Notes under the pieces: generated by a model
Databases searched by the model: none
Seen by the model: the letters and a program-made list of their open reading frames with translations, nothing else
Told to the model about the DNA's origin: nothing
Source of the DNA: Eledone cirrhosa
Lineage: Eukaryota
Assembly (NCBI GenBank): GCA_964016885.1
Contig: OZ024741.1
Location: 273,916,001-273,980,000 of the forward strand
Length of the DNA stretch: 64,000 nt
Direction: 5' to 3'
Translations under genes and position numbers: made by a program
Shown here: positions 27,749-42,549 of the stretch, piece by piece
Layout of the letters: every line of letters starts with the position of its first letter
How positions within the stretch are numbered: the stretch's first letter is position 1

Positions 27749-30700
27749 TTCTTTATTAGCCACAAGTGCGCACAAGAAAGGGGGACAATACAAGGACATG
27801 CCGGGGATTTTATATACAATCGTGTAAAAATATTGAAACAAATAAATTCAACAATCGAAGCCCCAATAGGGATGAGGCGTTACAAATGGGTTGTTTAATA
27901 CCCCGTAGATAGAACAACCCTCAACTTTAGGAGCGTGTTATGCAAGTGCTCCTTTCCTTCTTTTGCTCTCATCTTCAACCTACAGGTTTATATACAGAGA
28001 AGCCCCAATCACCCGGGCCATTTTTGCTACATTCACCCACCTTTAAGTAAATTTACTGGCGTGCAGTGCCTCTCTCTCCACCCTGATTCTCTTTCTAAAA
28101 AAGTGAACCTAAAGAAGGGTATGAGTTGTTGTCCGGAGAGAAAGGCATCTGTCCTCAGTCCTCTCAATCTCGTCCACCATATAATCTCTTTTACCATAGC
28201 TACTATACAGAGGAAAACCGCCTCTCTTTCGTTTTTGAAAGAAGTTGACGGTTTGATCCTTACTATGGATTCGGCAGTCAACTGGATTTATCCCACACGC
28301 GACAGCAGTTGTTCTGCGTAGTTCCACAGGTCGGTTACGCCCGGGCAGTGTACAATTGCGTGCAAGACGGTTTCAATGTCCTGCTCGCATCTTGGAAGGA
28401 TTCCTGCCGGGGCGTCCGTGCCTGTAGATCTTGTCTCGAACTGGTAGAGCTCCTCGGTAGCACTGTCAGGCCAGGGACCTCTGGAAGTTGTCCATGGGTC
28501 CCGGGCGGAAAGTCCTACCAAACAGACTGGTGAGCTCGTCGTCTTCAACGCCCAGGGTCTCTCCGAGCACGTCGTCGTCCTTGTGACGTACTAACCCTCT
28601 ATAGAATGTCGAAGTGGAGTCTCCACTGATTGCTGTGCCCGCTTGAAAGAAGACTGTAAGCGCCTGAGCGCATTTAATGTGCCAGGTGCCCATCTTCTCC
28701 GGTCTCCGCTTGACCAAGGACTGCAGCTTCCTCAGCGAGATAAGTTGCGGAAAGACATATCTCACAAACGGGGTCCACACCTGTTGTTCGGTGAGGAATA
28801 CTTAGAGATGCCGTAGCCTGAGCGCGTATTTGCGCATCATCAGCCACGGCATTCCCAGCCCTCCGTTGGAAGGGTGCTGACAGCAGACGGATCTCCTCAC
28901 CAGTGGAGCCTGCTTCTTCCAAAGGAACTGGAAGAATATGCGTTCCATCTTGGTGAGGTATTCACGGGGACAAGGCACGACAGTCAAGCGGTAGTAGATG
29001 ACGGACGCTATGAAAGTGTTCGCCACCTCCGCTCGACCTTTCAAAGACAGTTTGCACTCTGCCCACTTCTGCAGTCCTGTTTCCAACTGGATGCCCTGCA
29101 GAAGCTCCAACTTCCGCAGTAGTGGCTCTAGAGTCAGTACGTACAGAATGGAGGAGAGAGGGCATCTCTGTCGGATGGAACGCGTGATTGCGAACGGCTC
29201 CGATAGGTAGCCGTTCATCTTGACCGTCGACCAGATGTTGGTGTGCATTGCTTTGATCCAGCCTCCGAAGACGTGTCCGAAACCGGTCGCCTTGAGAACC
29301 GCTTCCAAGTATCGATGGTCGACCCTACCGGATGCCTTAGACTGATCTAAATTAATAAGACCCCTACCGGAGCCTATTTAAACCCTACCCTCTCTATGAT
29401 GTATCGCATGAGGTGGAGGTTGTCGTGTATGGACCTAGTCGGGATTGCACACGTTTGGGCTTTCCCTACCAGGTTCTCGACGACAAGCGCCAGCCTCGTT
29501 GTTAACACCTTGGCCAAAATCTTTAACTCTGTGTTGAGCAGTGTTATGGGCCTAAAGTTGCTTAGTTCGTCCCCCTTGTTCTCGTCTTTCCTGATCAGCG
29601 TTGCCACGCCCCTGCCTGCAGAACTGGGAATTCTCCCGTTCTGCTGCCAGTTGCAGTAGACGGCTTCGAGGACGCCAGATAAAAAGTCCGGCATGCAGAA
29701 CTCATAGGGTAGACCATCTAGACCGGGTTACTTGCGTTTCCCGCAGTGCCCCAGAGCGTCCCGTATCTCAGTGGCTGTGATCAGTCTTTCGCAGAACTCG
29801 GCGTCCATGCTCGAGAGACGCGGCAGGCCGGCGAGGTATGAACCGAAGTCCATTGCCCCGTTCGGTGCACCGTCGCTCTGCTCGAACAGTTTCGCAAAGT
29901 GCCGCTGAAAGGCCGTGCACATCCGCTTGGAGTCAAGTTGGACGCGCCCGTTTTGGTCTTTCAAAGACCGAATTGTGGACTTGTTGCCGCTTTTCGCCTC
30001 TGCCGCTCGGGCCCAGCTTACAGCTTTTGCTCCCTCGTTTCCTAGAGCACGTGATTTACTTCTGATCATGCAGCCTTCGTGTTTCGCATCGAAGAACTGG
30101 TCCAACTGTTGCTTAACTAATCTACTTATCCGTTCACTGTAGGCTTTACGTGTCGGTAACGACATGTTCAGCTTCCAGTATTCAGGTCCTCGTCTATGTA
30201 TTCTATGCAGGTGACTAGTTTGTGGTCTGAATAGGCAACCATGTACATTTGTGGACAGCTTAACATCTTCTTGTCTCTCTCTCTAATAAAGAACCTATCT
30301 AAATATGATCTAGATGTACCGCTACGGTTTCTCCACGTCCACTGTGGTGCAGTCGGGAAATCTAGTCGATACCTATCGGCAAGTTGGAATTGGCGGATTA
30401 AATTTTTGAGGCTGTTGCACGCCCCTCTACTGGGACATGATCCTACATTGTCCCATTGTGCGTCTAGGATACTATTCAAGTCCCCCACTAAAAGTAAGGA
30501 GCGAGACGTTCCCAGAAAAGACTCTAGACGCTTAAAGAAGTCTGGCTGCGATTGCCCAGTCGGAGCATAAACGGCCACCAGTCTGAAGGGTCCACCTCCA
30601 ACACTGTTCACGTTTATGACTACCAGTCTACCCTCCGAGTCCAAGTGTACTTGCTGTATTTCGAGGTCCAGGTTTTTTCGAAACATGACAGCCACTCCCC

Positions 30701-30806
30701 CTCCACATCCTGGTTCCAGAGAGATGCGAAAATCTCAAAATCATTGAAGATGGGGGTTATTTGCTGCCTGTTGTGGATCCTGGACTCGGTGATGGCTATC
30801 ACATCA
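27748..30806 (-). mobile_element. 5'-truncated, internally deleted Tx1-like copy B (ORF2 only)
   Basis: APE and RT motifs in fragmented ORFs. The 3' end GCTAATAAAGAAATC runs into (TATC)n at 27669-27748. Confidence 0.92.
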
Positions 30807-30830
30807 ATAGATAGATAGACAGATACTCAA

Positions 30831-30861
<31 letters not shown>

Positions 30862-31569
30862 GATAGATTTCTTTATTTACCATAAAGGCAGTTAAATAGA
30901 TAGATAGATAGCTACCCAAATAGATAGATAGATACATAGAAAAAAAGAAAAAAGAAAAAAAAGAGAAAAAAGAGAAAAAAGAGAAAAAAGAAAAAAAAGA
31001 AAAAAGAAAAAAGAAAAAAGAAAAAAGAAAAAAGAAAAAAGAAAAAAGAAAAAAGAAAAAAGAAACAAACAAACAAACAAAGAAAAAAAGATAGATAGAA
31101 AGAGAAAGAGGATGGAGAAAGAAAGGGAGTCATATATGTGCACAAGTGTATATTTAATTTATTACGTTAGTGGCCTGAAGTAATTATAGACGTGAATGTG
31201 TGAAATATAGAAATATGATTGATAGTAAAATAACTTAAGAAAGCAAAAGTCCAGGAAAGGGAAAGACAAGGAAAACAATGATTATATCCCTTGGTAACAA
31301 CGAGCAAATCTGGTGACCGTCGCCATATTGTCAAACTGACCTAATGGCAGCTGACCTTATTATGCTGCGTGTATTAGCTTGTTATATGATAATACAGGGA
31401 TATTTACTTAACACATGCACACATATTCTCGCTCTCTCTCACTCTTTCTCTCTTCTGTTTCTCTCTCTATATATCATTTCTCTCTCTGGCTTTTCCTTTC
31501 ACTCTCACTCTTTCTAACGCAAATGTTTATGTTATATATGTATATACATATATATGTATATACATATAT

Positions 31570-31686
31570 AATTGTCTCTACTTTTGGCACAAGGCCAGCA
31601 ATTACCCAGTGCATTACTGGTACTTTATTTTATCGACCCCGTAAGGATGAAAGGCAAAGTTAACCTCGGCGGGATTTGAACTCAGA
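31570..31686 (-). mobile_element. Partial SINE
   Basis: Common SINE body. Confidence 0.8.
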
Positions 31687-31970
31687 ATGGCAAGGATATA
31701 TAATATACAATATATATATATATATATAATATATGTATATACATATATATAACCATATATATATATATATATATAACCATATATATATATATATATATAA
31801 CCATATATATATATATATATATAAATATATAGATATAGATATATAAATGTGTGTGTATATACATTACACACACACACGGATATATATATATATAAATGTA
31901 TATATATATTTATATATATATATGTATATGTATGTATATATATATTTATATATATATATGTATATGTATG

Positions 31971-32324
<354 letters not shown>

Positions 32325-32342
32325 TGTGTCTGTGTCTGTGTC

Positions 32343-32390
<48 letters not shown>

Positions 32391-32392
<2 letters not shown>

Positions 32393-35035
32393 GAGCTGCG
32401 GAAAGGCCCGTCTGACAAACGCCGACCACACCTGTTCACCGTTTAGGAAGAATATCTGGAGATGCTGCAACCTCAGCGCGTGTCTGTGCATCTTTAGCCA
32501 CGGCATGCCCAGCCCTCCAGTTAGAGGGTGCTGGCAGCAGATGGACCGCCTCACCAACGGAACCTGACCCCTCCACAAGAATTTGAAGAGGAGCCGCTCC
32601 AAGATGACGAGGCGCTAACGGGGGCAAGGGACGACGGTCAGACGGTAGTAGATGACGGACGCGATATACGCGTTCCCCACCTCCGCTCGACCTTTCAGTG
32701 ATAGCTTTCTCTCCGCCCATTTCTGGGTGAGACTGGCTACCCTGCCCGTCACCTCGTCCCCATTCTTATCCACCTGGTGGTCTGGCCCGAACCAAACCCC
32801 GAGCAACTTTACCGGTCCGTCCGTCCATCGCCTAACGACGCTGTTGGACGGCATGGACTTGCCTCTCCAGGTGCCGAGTTGCAAGCTCACCGACTTTTCC
32901 GGGTTAAGTTTTGCTCCCGTCAACCTTTCATATTCCTCCAATAAGTTGCCAAGCCCCTCGATTTCTGAGGTGTCCGACACCATCACCGTGATGTCGTCCG
33001 CATAAGCCGACACAGCCTTTCCGCGTCGCGGTTCGAGCGGGATGCCCTGCAACAGCTCCAGCTTCCGCAGTAAAGGCTCGAGAGTCAATACGTACAGAAG
33101 GGACGAGAGAGGGTACCCTTGACGGACCGATCCGGAGACCTGAAACGGTTCGGAGAGGTGGCCATTAATTTTGACCACCGAGCAGATGCCGCTGTGCATT
33201 GCAGCGATCCAGCTTCTGAAGACGGGGTCGAAGGCAGTCGCCTTGAGGACAGCCTCCAGGTACCGATGGTCGACCCTATCGAATGCTTTCGATTGATCTA
33301 AATTGATCAGAGCCCCACCGAAGCCAGGTTTACACCCTACCCTCTCTATGATGTATCGCATCAGGTGGAGGTTGTCGTGTATGGACCTGGTTGGGATTGC
33401 GCAAGTTTGCGCCTCCCCAACCAAATCCCCGACGACAAGCGCCAGCCTCTTCGCTAACAGCCTGGCCAAAATCTTAAACTTTATGTTGAGCAGAGTTATG
33501 GGCCTGAAATTGTCTAATATGTCCCTCTTGTTCTCGTCTTTCCTTATCAGCGTTACTACGCCATGGCTTACAGAACTGGGAATACTCCCGTTCTGCTGCC
33601 AGTTACAGTAGAGCGCTTCGAGGAGATTGGAGAACAAGTCTGGCATATTTACGTAAAGCTCGTAGGGCAGACCATCCAAACCGGGTGACTTGCGCCTCAT
33701 GCCGCCGACAAGGGCATCCTGAATCTCGGCTGAAGTAATCGGCCTTTCGCAGCGCCCAGCGTCGACCGTCGAGAGTTGCGGCAAGCCATCGAGGTAGGGA
33801 CTGAAGTCCGTCACCATCTCTGACCCGCCACTTCCTCTGACCAACCGAGCAAAATGTTGGCGAAAAGCCTCACACATCCGCTTGGAATCGCTCAGCTCAT
33901 TTCCATCTCGGTCCGTCAAAGACTGAATCAGGGTTTTATTACCACGCTGCGCCTCTGCCACACGGGCCCATCGAACAGCTTTGGTTCCCTCGTTTCTCAG
34001 AGCACGCGCCTTAGCTCTGACAATGCAACCTTCGTATTTCGCATTGAAGAAATTGTCTAATGGCATTCTCGCCGCTAGCACGTTAGTTGCAATGCCATTA
34101 CAAATAGCCTCGTCTAACTTATCTACCAACACCCCCTCCTTTCTATTTTTCTCTAACGCTACTTTTTTGCTAAACTCTATCGATATTACTATAATCTCTC
34201 TTTTGTTGACGACTCCCCCTGTCAACTTTTTCTTAACTAAATTGTTGACCTGGTCCCTGTAAGCCTTACGTGCCGGAAATGACATGTTCAGCTTCCAGTA
34301 ACCAGATCCTAACCTACGCGTCTTATCTAGGTCGACCATACAGATCACAAACTTGTGATCTGAATAGGCGACCGTTTTAAAACGTGGACAGCTTACACTA
34401 TTTCTGTCTATTTTCCTAATGAATATCCTGTCTATATACGATCTAGATGACCCTATGCGCTTAGTCCAGGTCCACACTGGCGCATTAGATAAATCTAGTC
34501 GGTACCTGTCAGACAGTTGGAACTGACTGATCAGGTTCTTGAGGCTTTTGCACCACCCGCTCCTATCGTATACTCCCACACAGTCCCAACGTGCGTCTAA
34601 GATGCCGTTCCAGTCCCCCGCTAACAGTAAAGGGCGAGACGTACCCAGAAAGGCTTCCAGGCGTCTAAAGAAGACCGGTCGTCCTGCCCCAGTAGGGGCG
34701 TAGACGGCCACCAGTCTAAAGGCACCACCTTCGTTATTGTTTACGTCCAGGACCACCAACTTCTCGTCCGGGTCCCGGAAGATCGACTTTACCTCGAGAT
34801 CCAGGCCTTTCCTAAACAGCACTCCTACCCCACCTCCCATTCCCGGCCGACTAACAGATGCAAAGATCTGATAGTCGTCGAAAATGGGGGCTAGTGCGCG
34901 CGTGTCGGAAATCCTGGTCTCGCTGACGGCAATTACATCCATTTTTAGAGATCTGAGGTCGTTGAGCAAGTAACCCTGCTTCCAGGACAATCCCAGGCCT
35001 CGAACATTTAAACTTCCTACTCTTAATACGGCCAT
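32391..35035 (-). pseudogene. Tx1-like ORF2 (APE-RT), 806-aa open segment
   Basis: NVRGL, GDWN, SDH, SPGLDGLP, KAFDRVDH, VRQGYPLS and YADD, then an in-frame stop at 32615 and truncation. Confidence 0.93.
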
Positions 35036-35065
35036 GTTGGCAGGCTAAAGAGAGAGAGGAAAGGT

Positions 35066-37044
35066 TTACTTACCTTCCGGGCTCTTGTGAAGGTCGGGTA
35101 GTTCGACCTCCATAGTTGGTGGGGTTTCTTTTGGGAACCCCTTTAAAAGTCTTGAAGTGGGTTTTACGTTCGGGGTTCCCACGTCCCGAGGAAAGCTGTC
35201 TCGTATCTCTTTGTATAAATCGAACGACATTCGCACCAGAAGCAAATCTTCCGGCACGCAAAACGTGCTCGATTTAAAAATTTCACCCTCTTTTTGTATA
35301 TCTTCCCTTTGTGCTACGAAGGCCATCAGTTCCTTGTTGGCTCTGCTGACGAGCACGAAGTTTTGTATGTTTTGTTGGTGTGATTTTATTTGTTTGCGTG
35401 GCTGTGGTGGTGATGGTTTTGATGGTGTTGTTTCGGTTGTGTTTGTTGTGAGTGCGGTGTCTGTGGTTTCAGATGTTTGTGTATGTATTTGTTCTTGCAT
35501 CTGTTTAGGTGTTTGCGTTTGGGGGATTCTGGTGATGGTGATGGCGGTGTTGATGTTGATGTTGTTGGGGAGATGTTTGTGTGGGTGGTGTCTGCATTTT
35601 TTATTGTGGGTGTTTTTGTGCTTTGTTGGTTTTTTTTTTCTTTTTGTGTTTCATTTTTTTGTATTTTGGGGAATTTGGGTTTTCCCTCATCTTGACTACT
35701 GGTAGATGAGGGGTCTGTGTCTGTAAGTGTGTCTGTGTGAGTGTTTATGTTTTTTATTGATGTGTGTATTTTTTTTGGTTGGGGGGGGGGGGGATTTGAC
35801 AACTTTCCTCGTTTCCCCCCTGGGTGGTCAATGTTGGTGGTGGTCTTTCTATCAGTGTTGTTGCAGGTGGTTTTGCCGGTGCTGGCGTTGGTTGTGGTCC
35901 TCGCCCCGGCGTCGGCAGCAGTGGAACCCTTCGACCCCTTACATCTTTCAGCAGTTGAGGGCAGAAGGCTTGTAAATGGGTTTTTTCCCCACAAACAAAA
36001 CAATGCGGCTTTTTAATATGAATGACCGTCCCATTCTGAAGGCGGATGTGGTCCGGGATTGTCTTCACATTTTCCGGTCTGATCTGGAGAAGTAACTCCA
36101 GGTCAACCCCGGACCAGTCCTCTCTGGCAGTTCTTGTCACTTCTATCGGGACGGTATCCGTCCCCTCCACAATCACATATCCCAGAAGCCACCACATGTC
36201 AAGTCCTGGTGGGATTCTGTGAATACGGAGACGAGTCGTTCTTTTTCCCATGTGGGAGGGATACATTATGACCTTGCTGGTTTTGCAAGGTGTCATAGCG
36301 TGTTTCATAGCGAGGGCTTCTGACTTAAACAGCACCGAAATGGTGCCGTACTGTCTGCCCCTCGCTATGTATTCGGTGCCATCCCTGATGCACCTCAGCG
36401 CAACTTCGACATCTGTTTGTGGAATTGAAGCTGTCCTTTTGGTTTGTGCTGAGATGCATCTACAATGCACCGTTCTGCGCTCCACTGCCTCAATAGCTTC
36501 TACCGGGAGAGTTAAGTTGGCCCAGGTTTGCTCTTGCTTGATGAGCTTCCAGGCCTGGGCCAACTTTTCATCTTCGTTTGAGAGATCCATGCTGAGGCAT
36601 GGCCTCTTTTTGGCTGCTGCCGCAGCGAAAGTGTTCTTCTTGTTGTCGTTGGTGGTGTTGTTGTTGGCGTCGTTGTTCTTGTTGGTGTTGTTGTTGTTAT
36701 CACTGTCGCTATTATCATTGTTGTCTTTGGTGCCACCGTTGTTCTCGGTGCAGTTGGTATTGTTGCTGTTGATATTGTCGCTATTTGTTTTCATGTTAGT
36801 TGTGTTGATATTGTTTTTGCATTTGAGGTCATTTTTTCTGTTATCTGTATTTTCATTGTTGCTGTTACTGTCATTTTTTTTCAAAATTAGAGTTCTCAGT
36901 GTTATCATTGCTGTCTTTGTTCACGTTGTTTCTGGTGGTGTTTGTTGTATCAATTTCTGTTAATTTAGCCGTAGCGCTCCTCTCAACTTCTACGTCGTTG
37001 TCGAACGACAGCAGACATTTCGCTGGGGGGCGTGGCTCAGCCAT
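35066..37044 (-). pseudogene. Tx1-like ORF1 with CCHC knuckle, frameshifted
   Basis: CFVCGEKTHLQAFC and an Asn-rich N-terminus. The C-terminus is homologous to copy A. Confidence 0.85.
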
Positions 37045-37045
37045 G

Positions 37046-37077
<32 letters not shown>

Positions 37078-37261
37078 CAATAATTTTTTAAAATGTAAAA
37101 AAGTTCAAATATTTGGGCCAAAAGGCCCAAATATTATACTTTCCCCTTCACAGGGCAAAGTCTTGTATGCCTTACACAGCAACAACAAATTCAATAAATA
37201 CGTTTTGACAGGTAAATAAATAAACTTACGAGAGAGATCGTTCAGACCCAATAATAATAAT

Positions 37262-37386
37262 AGTTGTTTCTTTTGGCACAATGCCAGCAATTAATCCAGT
37301 GTATTACTGGTACTTTATTTTATTGACCCCGTAAGGATGAAAGGCAAAGTTAAACTCTTTGCTGCTAAGCATGGTGTCCAACCCTA
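37262..37386 (-). mobile_element. Internally deleted SINE
   Basis: Common SINE body. Confidence 0.75.
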
Positions 37387-37564
37387 TAAGAAGAGGAGAA
37401 GGAGGCGGAGAAGAAGAAGACGAAGATGAAAAAGAAGAAGAAGAAGAAGAAGAAGGTCAAGGAAACTTCAAGTGTCTCCTTATAGAACGTTGTAATTAAG
37501 GAATTAATAATTAAATATTTGTTATACTCGGAACAACGTACATTTTGATATGTACTATGTTATT

Positions 37565-37652
<88 letters not shown>

Positions 37653-37751
37653 ATATATCCTGGCCTTGGTTTCAATCCTGGTCAAGAGGTATATGTAACA
37701 TTTTTTATTTTACAACAAATAGAAAAAATGAAAAGATTTACCGGGAATCCT

Positions 37752-37822
37752 ACTCCCGACCAGGATCGAACCAGGATCACCACCGTCTATGATTCCTCCA
37801 ACTTGGCCACCGAGACAGCTAG
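37752..37822 (-). mobile_element. tRNA-like (Pol III A/B box) remnant
   Basis: TGGCCAAGTTGG ... GGTTCGATCC on the minus strand. No convincing cloverleaf. Confidence 0.4.
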
Positions 37823-38182
37823 AAAAGTACAGTGAAAATTGATAATTATAAACCTACTTTCAAAATCAAAGTTTAAAAAATGCGGTGTCGTTCATGGCTT
37901 CCCTAGAACTATTAGTAATATTTTATTATAGTTTAGATTTAGGGCCAACTTCTGGTCATTAATGAAAGTCTCTGGATTTCGCAAAATACATAATATATTT
38001 TATTGGAGAAGGTAAGATATTTTTCCGCAAAAATTTGGTTTCACTGTTTTGTTTCCACTTATGTATTTTTCGAAAATGTTATTTATTCATTATAAAAATT
38101 AAATGATAGCATTCTATATGTAAAAATATTGGTTGCCAGGAGATGAAGGGGGCCCACTTACATATAGAATGCTATATATATG

Positions 38183-38299
<117 letters not shown>

Positions 38300-38318
38300 T
38301 ATATATATATATATATGG

Positions 38319-38350
<32 letters not shown>

Positions 38351-38367
38351 ATGTGCGTGCGTGTGCG

Positions 38368-38431
<64 letters not shown>

Positions 38432-38443
38432 CATATATACATG

Positions 38444-38480
<37 letters not shown>

Positions 38481-38662
38481 CCAGTGGGTGTAACTAGGAG
38501 TTACTTCAGGTTCACCCGGGTGAGCACTCGATGTTTAGGTTCACTTCTGTGATGATGTGTAGAGCTATACAGAGTGTAAAATATAGAAAGGATAAAAAGG
38601 ACGATTGATTATTCCTTCATTGCATTTATTGAATAAAGGAATAATCAATCGTCCTCTTTATC

Positions 38663-38667
<5 letters not shown>
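38481..38667. mobile_element. Tail-plus-hairpin module in (TA)n
   Basis: Palindrome at about 38586-38667. The tail 38481-38585 is homologous to the reverse complement of 58005-58117. Confidence 0.7.
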
Positions 38668-38757
<90 letters not shown>

Positions 38758-38764
38758 TGTATGT

Positions 38765-39496
<732 letters not shown>

Positions 39497-39684
39497 TTAT
39501 TCCGGGTTGAATTGGAGGTAACCACAGTAAGTAAGGTACTCAATACATAGCAGAGTATAAAAGTTTTAATATAGAAGAGCTTCTACAGGACTAGAACTGT
39601 TTCAATCGTGAGAAATCATCTGGGAGCTCCCTGATGATTTGTCACGATTGAAACAGTTCTAGTCCTGTAGAAGCTCTTCTATAT
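39497..39684. mobile_element. Tail-plus-hairpin module with a degenerate hammerhead
   Basis: Palindrome at 39569-39684. Same family as 371-576. Confidence 0.7.
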
Positions 39685-39705
39685 GATATTGATATATATA
39701 TGTGC

Positions 39706-39791
<86 letters not shown>

Positions 39792-39794
39792 TAT

Positions 39795-40887
39795 ATACAT
39801 TTGGGCTTTATCGTGACGATGGTCTAATACTTTTCCATACCACCATAGTCCATAACTTAGATAGATTTAGGAAAGACTTAATAAAAACCTTCGCTAGTTT
39901 TAATCTTAAAATTACTATTGACACTAACCTTTCCAATGTAAATTTCCTAGATATAAACCTAGATCTGCCTACTGCTTCTTATAAACCGTACCATAAACCT
40001 AATGATAATTTAAAATATATAAGTAAAGGCTCTTGCCATCCTCCTATAATTTTTAAAAATCTTATCCCTAATATTAGCCGTAGGATCTCCACCCTCTCTT
40101 CCTCAGAAGCTATTTTCAATAAGGCATCCTCTACTATAATAAAGTGCTTCAAAATAGCGGATTTAGCGAACCGATTAAGTACATACCCAACAATACTAAC
40201 TCTTTTACACATAATAATAGGAAAAGAAAAATAATCTGGTTCCCCCCACACACACACACACACTCTTTAACAGTTAAATGTAATGTAGGCAAAAAATTCC
40301 TAGAGCTCTTAGATAAACATTTCCCTAGAACACATAGATACTATAAGATCTTCAATAGAAATTGTGTCAAAATCAGCTACTCCTGCGGTCCCTCTATTAA
40401 ATCTTATATCCTCAATAAGAAATCACCCAGAGAACATAAAAATTGCTTCTGTAGAGTCAAAAGTGAATGCCCATTACAAGGTAAATGCAACACCAAAGCC
40501 ATTGTATATGCGGCTAAAGTGACAACCACCAGCAACAACCTACCAGCCACCAGTGAACGATATGTGGGTATGACACAAGACAAATTCAAAACGCCTTATT
40601 ACTCACATGACGCATCTTTCCGACATCCTGAAAAAAGATTTACAACAGCTCTGGCTAGCAGAATATGGGATTTGAAAGACCAAGGTATCCAATATAAATT
40701 AGATTGGTCAATTTTGAACCAATCTAAAGAATATGCAAGAGGAACAAGGAGATGCGCACTCTGCATAAGTGAAAAATATTGGATTTTACAGAACCTTATA
40801 TCACCAAAAAACTTGCCTAAATGCAAAAACAGAAATGTTCACCAGTTGCCCACACATGAAATCACACTTGCTTTCCAGCTCATATAA
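39795..40887 (+). pseudogene. Penelope-like RT C-terminus plus GIY-YIG endonuclease, frameshifted
   Basis: GLYRDDGL, NFLDI, YKPYHKP, SCHPP, RKRKIIWF, KIFNRNCVKISYSC, CFCRVKSECPLQGKC, IVY...YVGMT and CALCISEK. Confidence 0.9.
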
Positions 40888-41353
40888 ACTTAACTCACTT
40901 TCAGATACTTATCCTCCATAAACTCTTGTTCTTCACTTTCCTTAACTTACCTTCTTTACAGACTTCTCTTTCTGATTTACTTTTATTTTTATTTTTAACT
41001 TTATTTTTACTTCACATCCCCCGCCCCCCTGCTTTTTGATTCACTTACTTTATATCTTCAAAATTTTACATATTTTAATTCCACCTTTTCTTTCACTACC
41101 TGATACCACATGTCACTTGTGTTTTCAACTCCAAATATATTCTGTTGTCCCTCAGCCGCTTTTATGTATGTTTACTTGCGTATAATTTGTACTCATTTAT
41201 TCATACGGCTGATTTTTATATTGTATGTATGCGTGTAAGTGTGCATATGTGTGTATACGTGTTTGTATATGTATACGAATGAATTCGTATGTGCGCGTGT
41301 ATGTGTATATGTGTGTGTGTATGTGTTTTTTTTATATTTATGTTTTTTACATA

Positions 41354-41400
<47 letters not shown>

Positions 41401-41510
41401 TCACGTGCGTGCGTGTGATTAGATGTACATGTATGTATACATATGTGTATCGTGTGTATGTATGCGCGCTTTTGTGTGTATGTACGCATGTATGTGCTTT
41501 TGTCTGTACG

Positions 41511-41543
<33 letters not shown>

Positions 41544-42160
41544 ATGCGTATGAACCTCTGTATGTTTTCTACTTTTTATTTATTTTTTCTAGTGTTACTT
41601 TATAATTGATAATCCCTCCCTCTTACTTTCTCTTTGATTTAATTTTTTTATTCATATATATTATTTTATTTTCATATTTTATATTTTTATATTTGTATCG
41701 ACCTTCAGCCGGACACTGCTTTGACTGATACACTCCCTTCCCTGTATATATCACATACATGTATGTGGTTGCGCGTGAGTGTATGTTTATATGCGTGCTC
41801 TCATCCTTGTATGTGTATATATTTCAATCCTTAGTCCCTGAGTCTGTATGTACGCTAACTCTATTATCTTAAAATGTTTTCAACATATATTATATACGTA
41901 TTTGTGGTTACACATACACTGATATGCTTGCCCTCATGTATGTACTTACGCACACATTTTTTCACTATACACATACATTTGTACATACACACATATGTAC
42001 ATTTTTAGGTGCATATACACACATTTATACACATACCCTTACTATATTTCCTTATTTTATTTTTATATATCTCTTGCATTACTTTTATTTATATATTTTT
42101 TTTGCCCGTTAAACTTTTGCCTTTCTTGGGGAGATTTTTCAAATATTTCACTATGTTTTA

Positions 42161-42238
42161 AATTGCCTTGTCTGACGAACGAATGCGGACGTTTCTTGTA
42201 TTCGTCTTATTCGGGAAACCTCTGGTAATGAGGTAATT
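42161..42238 (+). ncRNA. Type I hammerhead ribozyme
   Basis: Stem I AATTGCCTTGT/ATGAGGTAATT; CTGACGA 42172-78; stem II CGAAT/ATTCG; GAAA 42215-18; stem III ACC/GGT; GUA site 42225-27. Confidence 0.8.
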
Positions 42239-42355
42239 ATATTGTATTGTTTATTATACATTAAATTTAGCTCTGTAACTTACATAGAGCACTCTTCAAT
42301 CCTATGACTTTTTCAATTTTCAACGGAAACTTCAATACTTATATATATTATATAT

Positions 42356-42465
<110 letters not shown>

Positions 42466-42532
42466 TGATAACAATACATATATGATAACAGAGCGAACGT
42501 TAGTAACACTGTCATCTTTGCCCGTCTGTCAA

Positions 42533-42549
42533 CAGCGCCATCTATTGGC
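42533..42549 (-). promoter_or_regulatory. Candidate CTCF-binding motif
   Basis: GCCAATAGATGGCGCTG resembles the CTCF core (CCASYAGRKGGCRS) and lies in a short unique island. Motif only. Confidence 0.4.

Larger units (their letters stand above)
32391..37045 (-). mobile_element. Tx1-like copy C, 5' intact and 3' end missing
   Basis: ORF1 from ATG 37044 and ORF2 from 35035. The element breaks off into (TC)n at about 32391. Confidence 0.92.
39790..42340 (+). mobile_element. 5'-truncated Penelope-like element (possibly Hydra clade) with a 3' pseudo-LTR
   Basis: RT-GIY-YIG ORF remnant, long 3' region, hammerhead at 42161-42238, and (TA)n on both sides. Linking the ORF and the ribozyme into one element is inference. 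Confidence 0.7.

Noticed and set aside
37752-37822. Functional tRNA gene
   Set aside because: A and B boxes are present but there is no complete cloverleaf, so it is more likely a SINE head.
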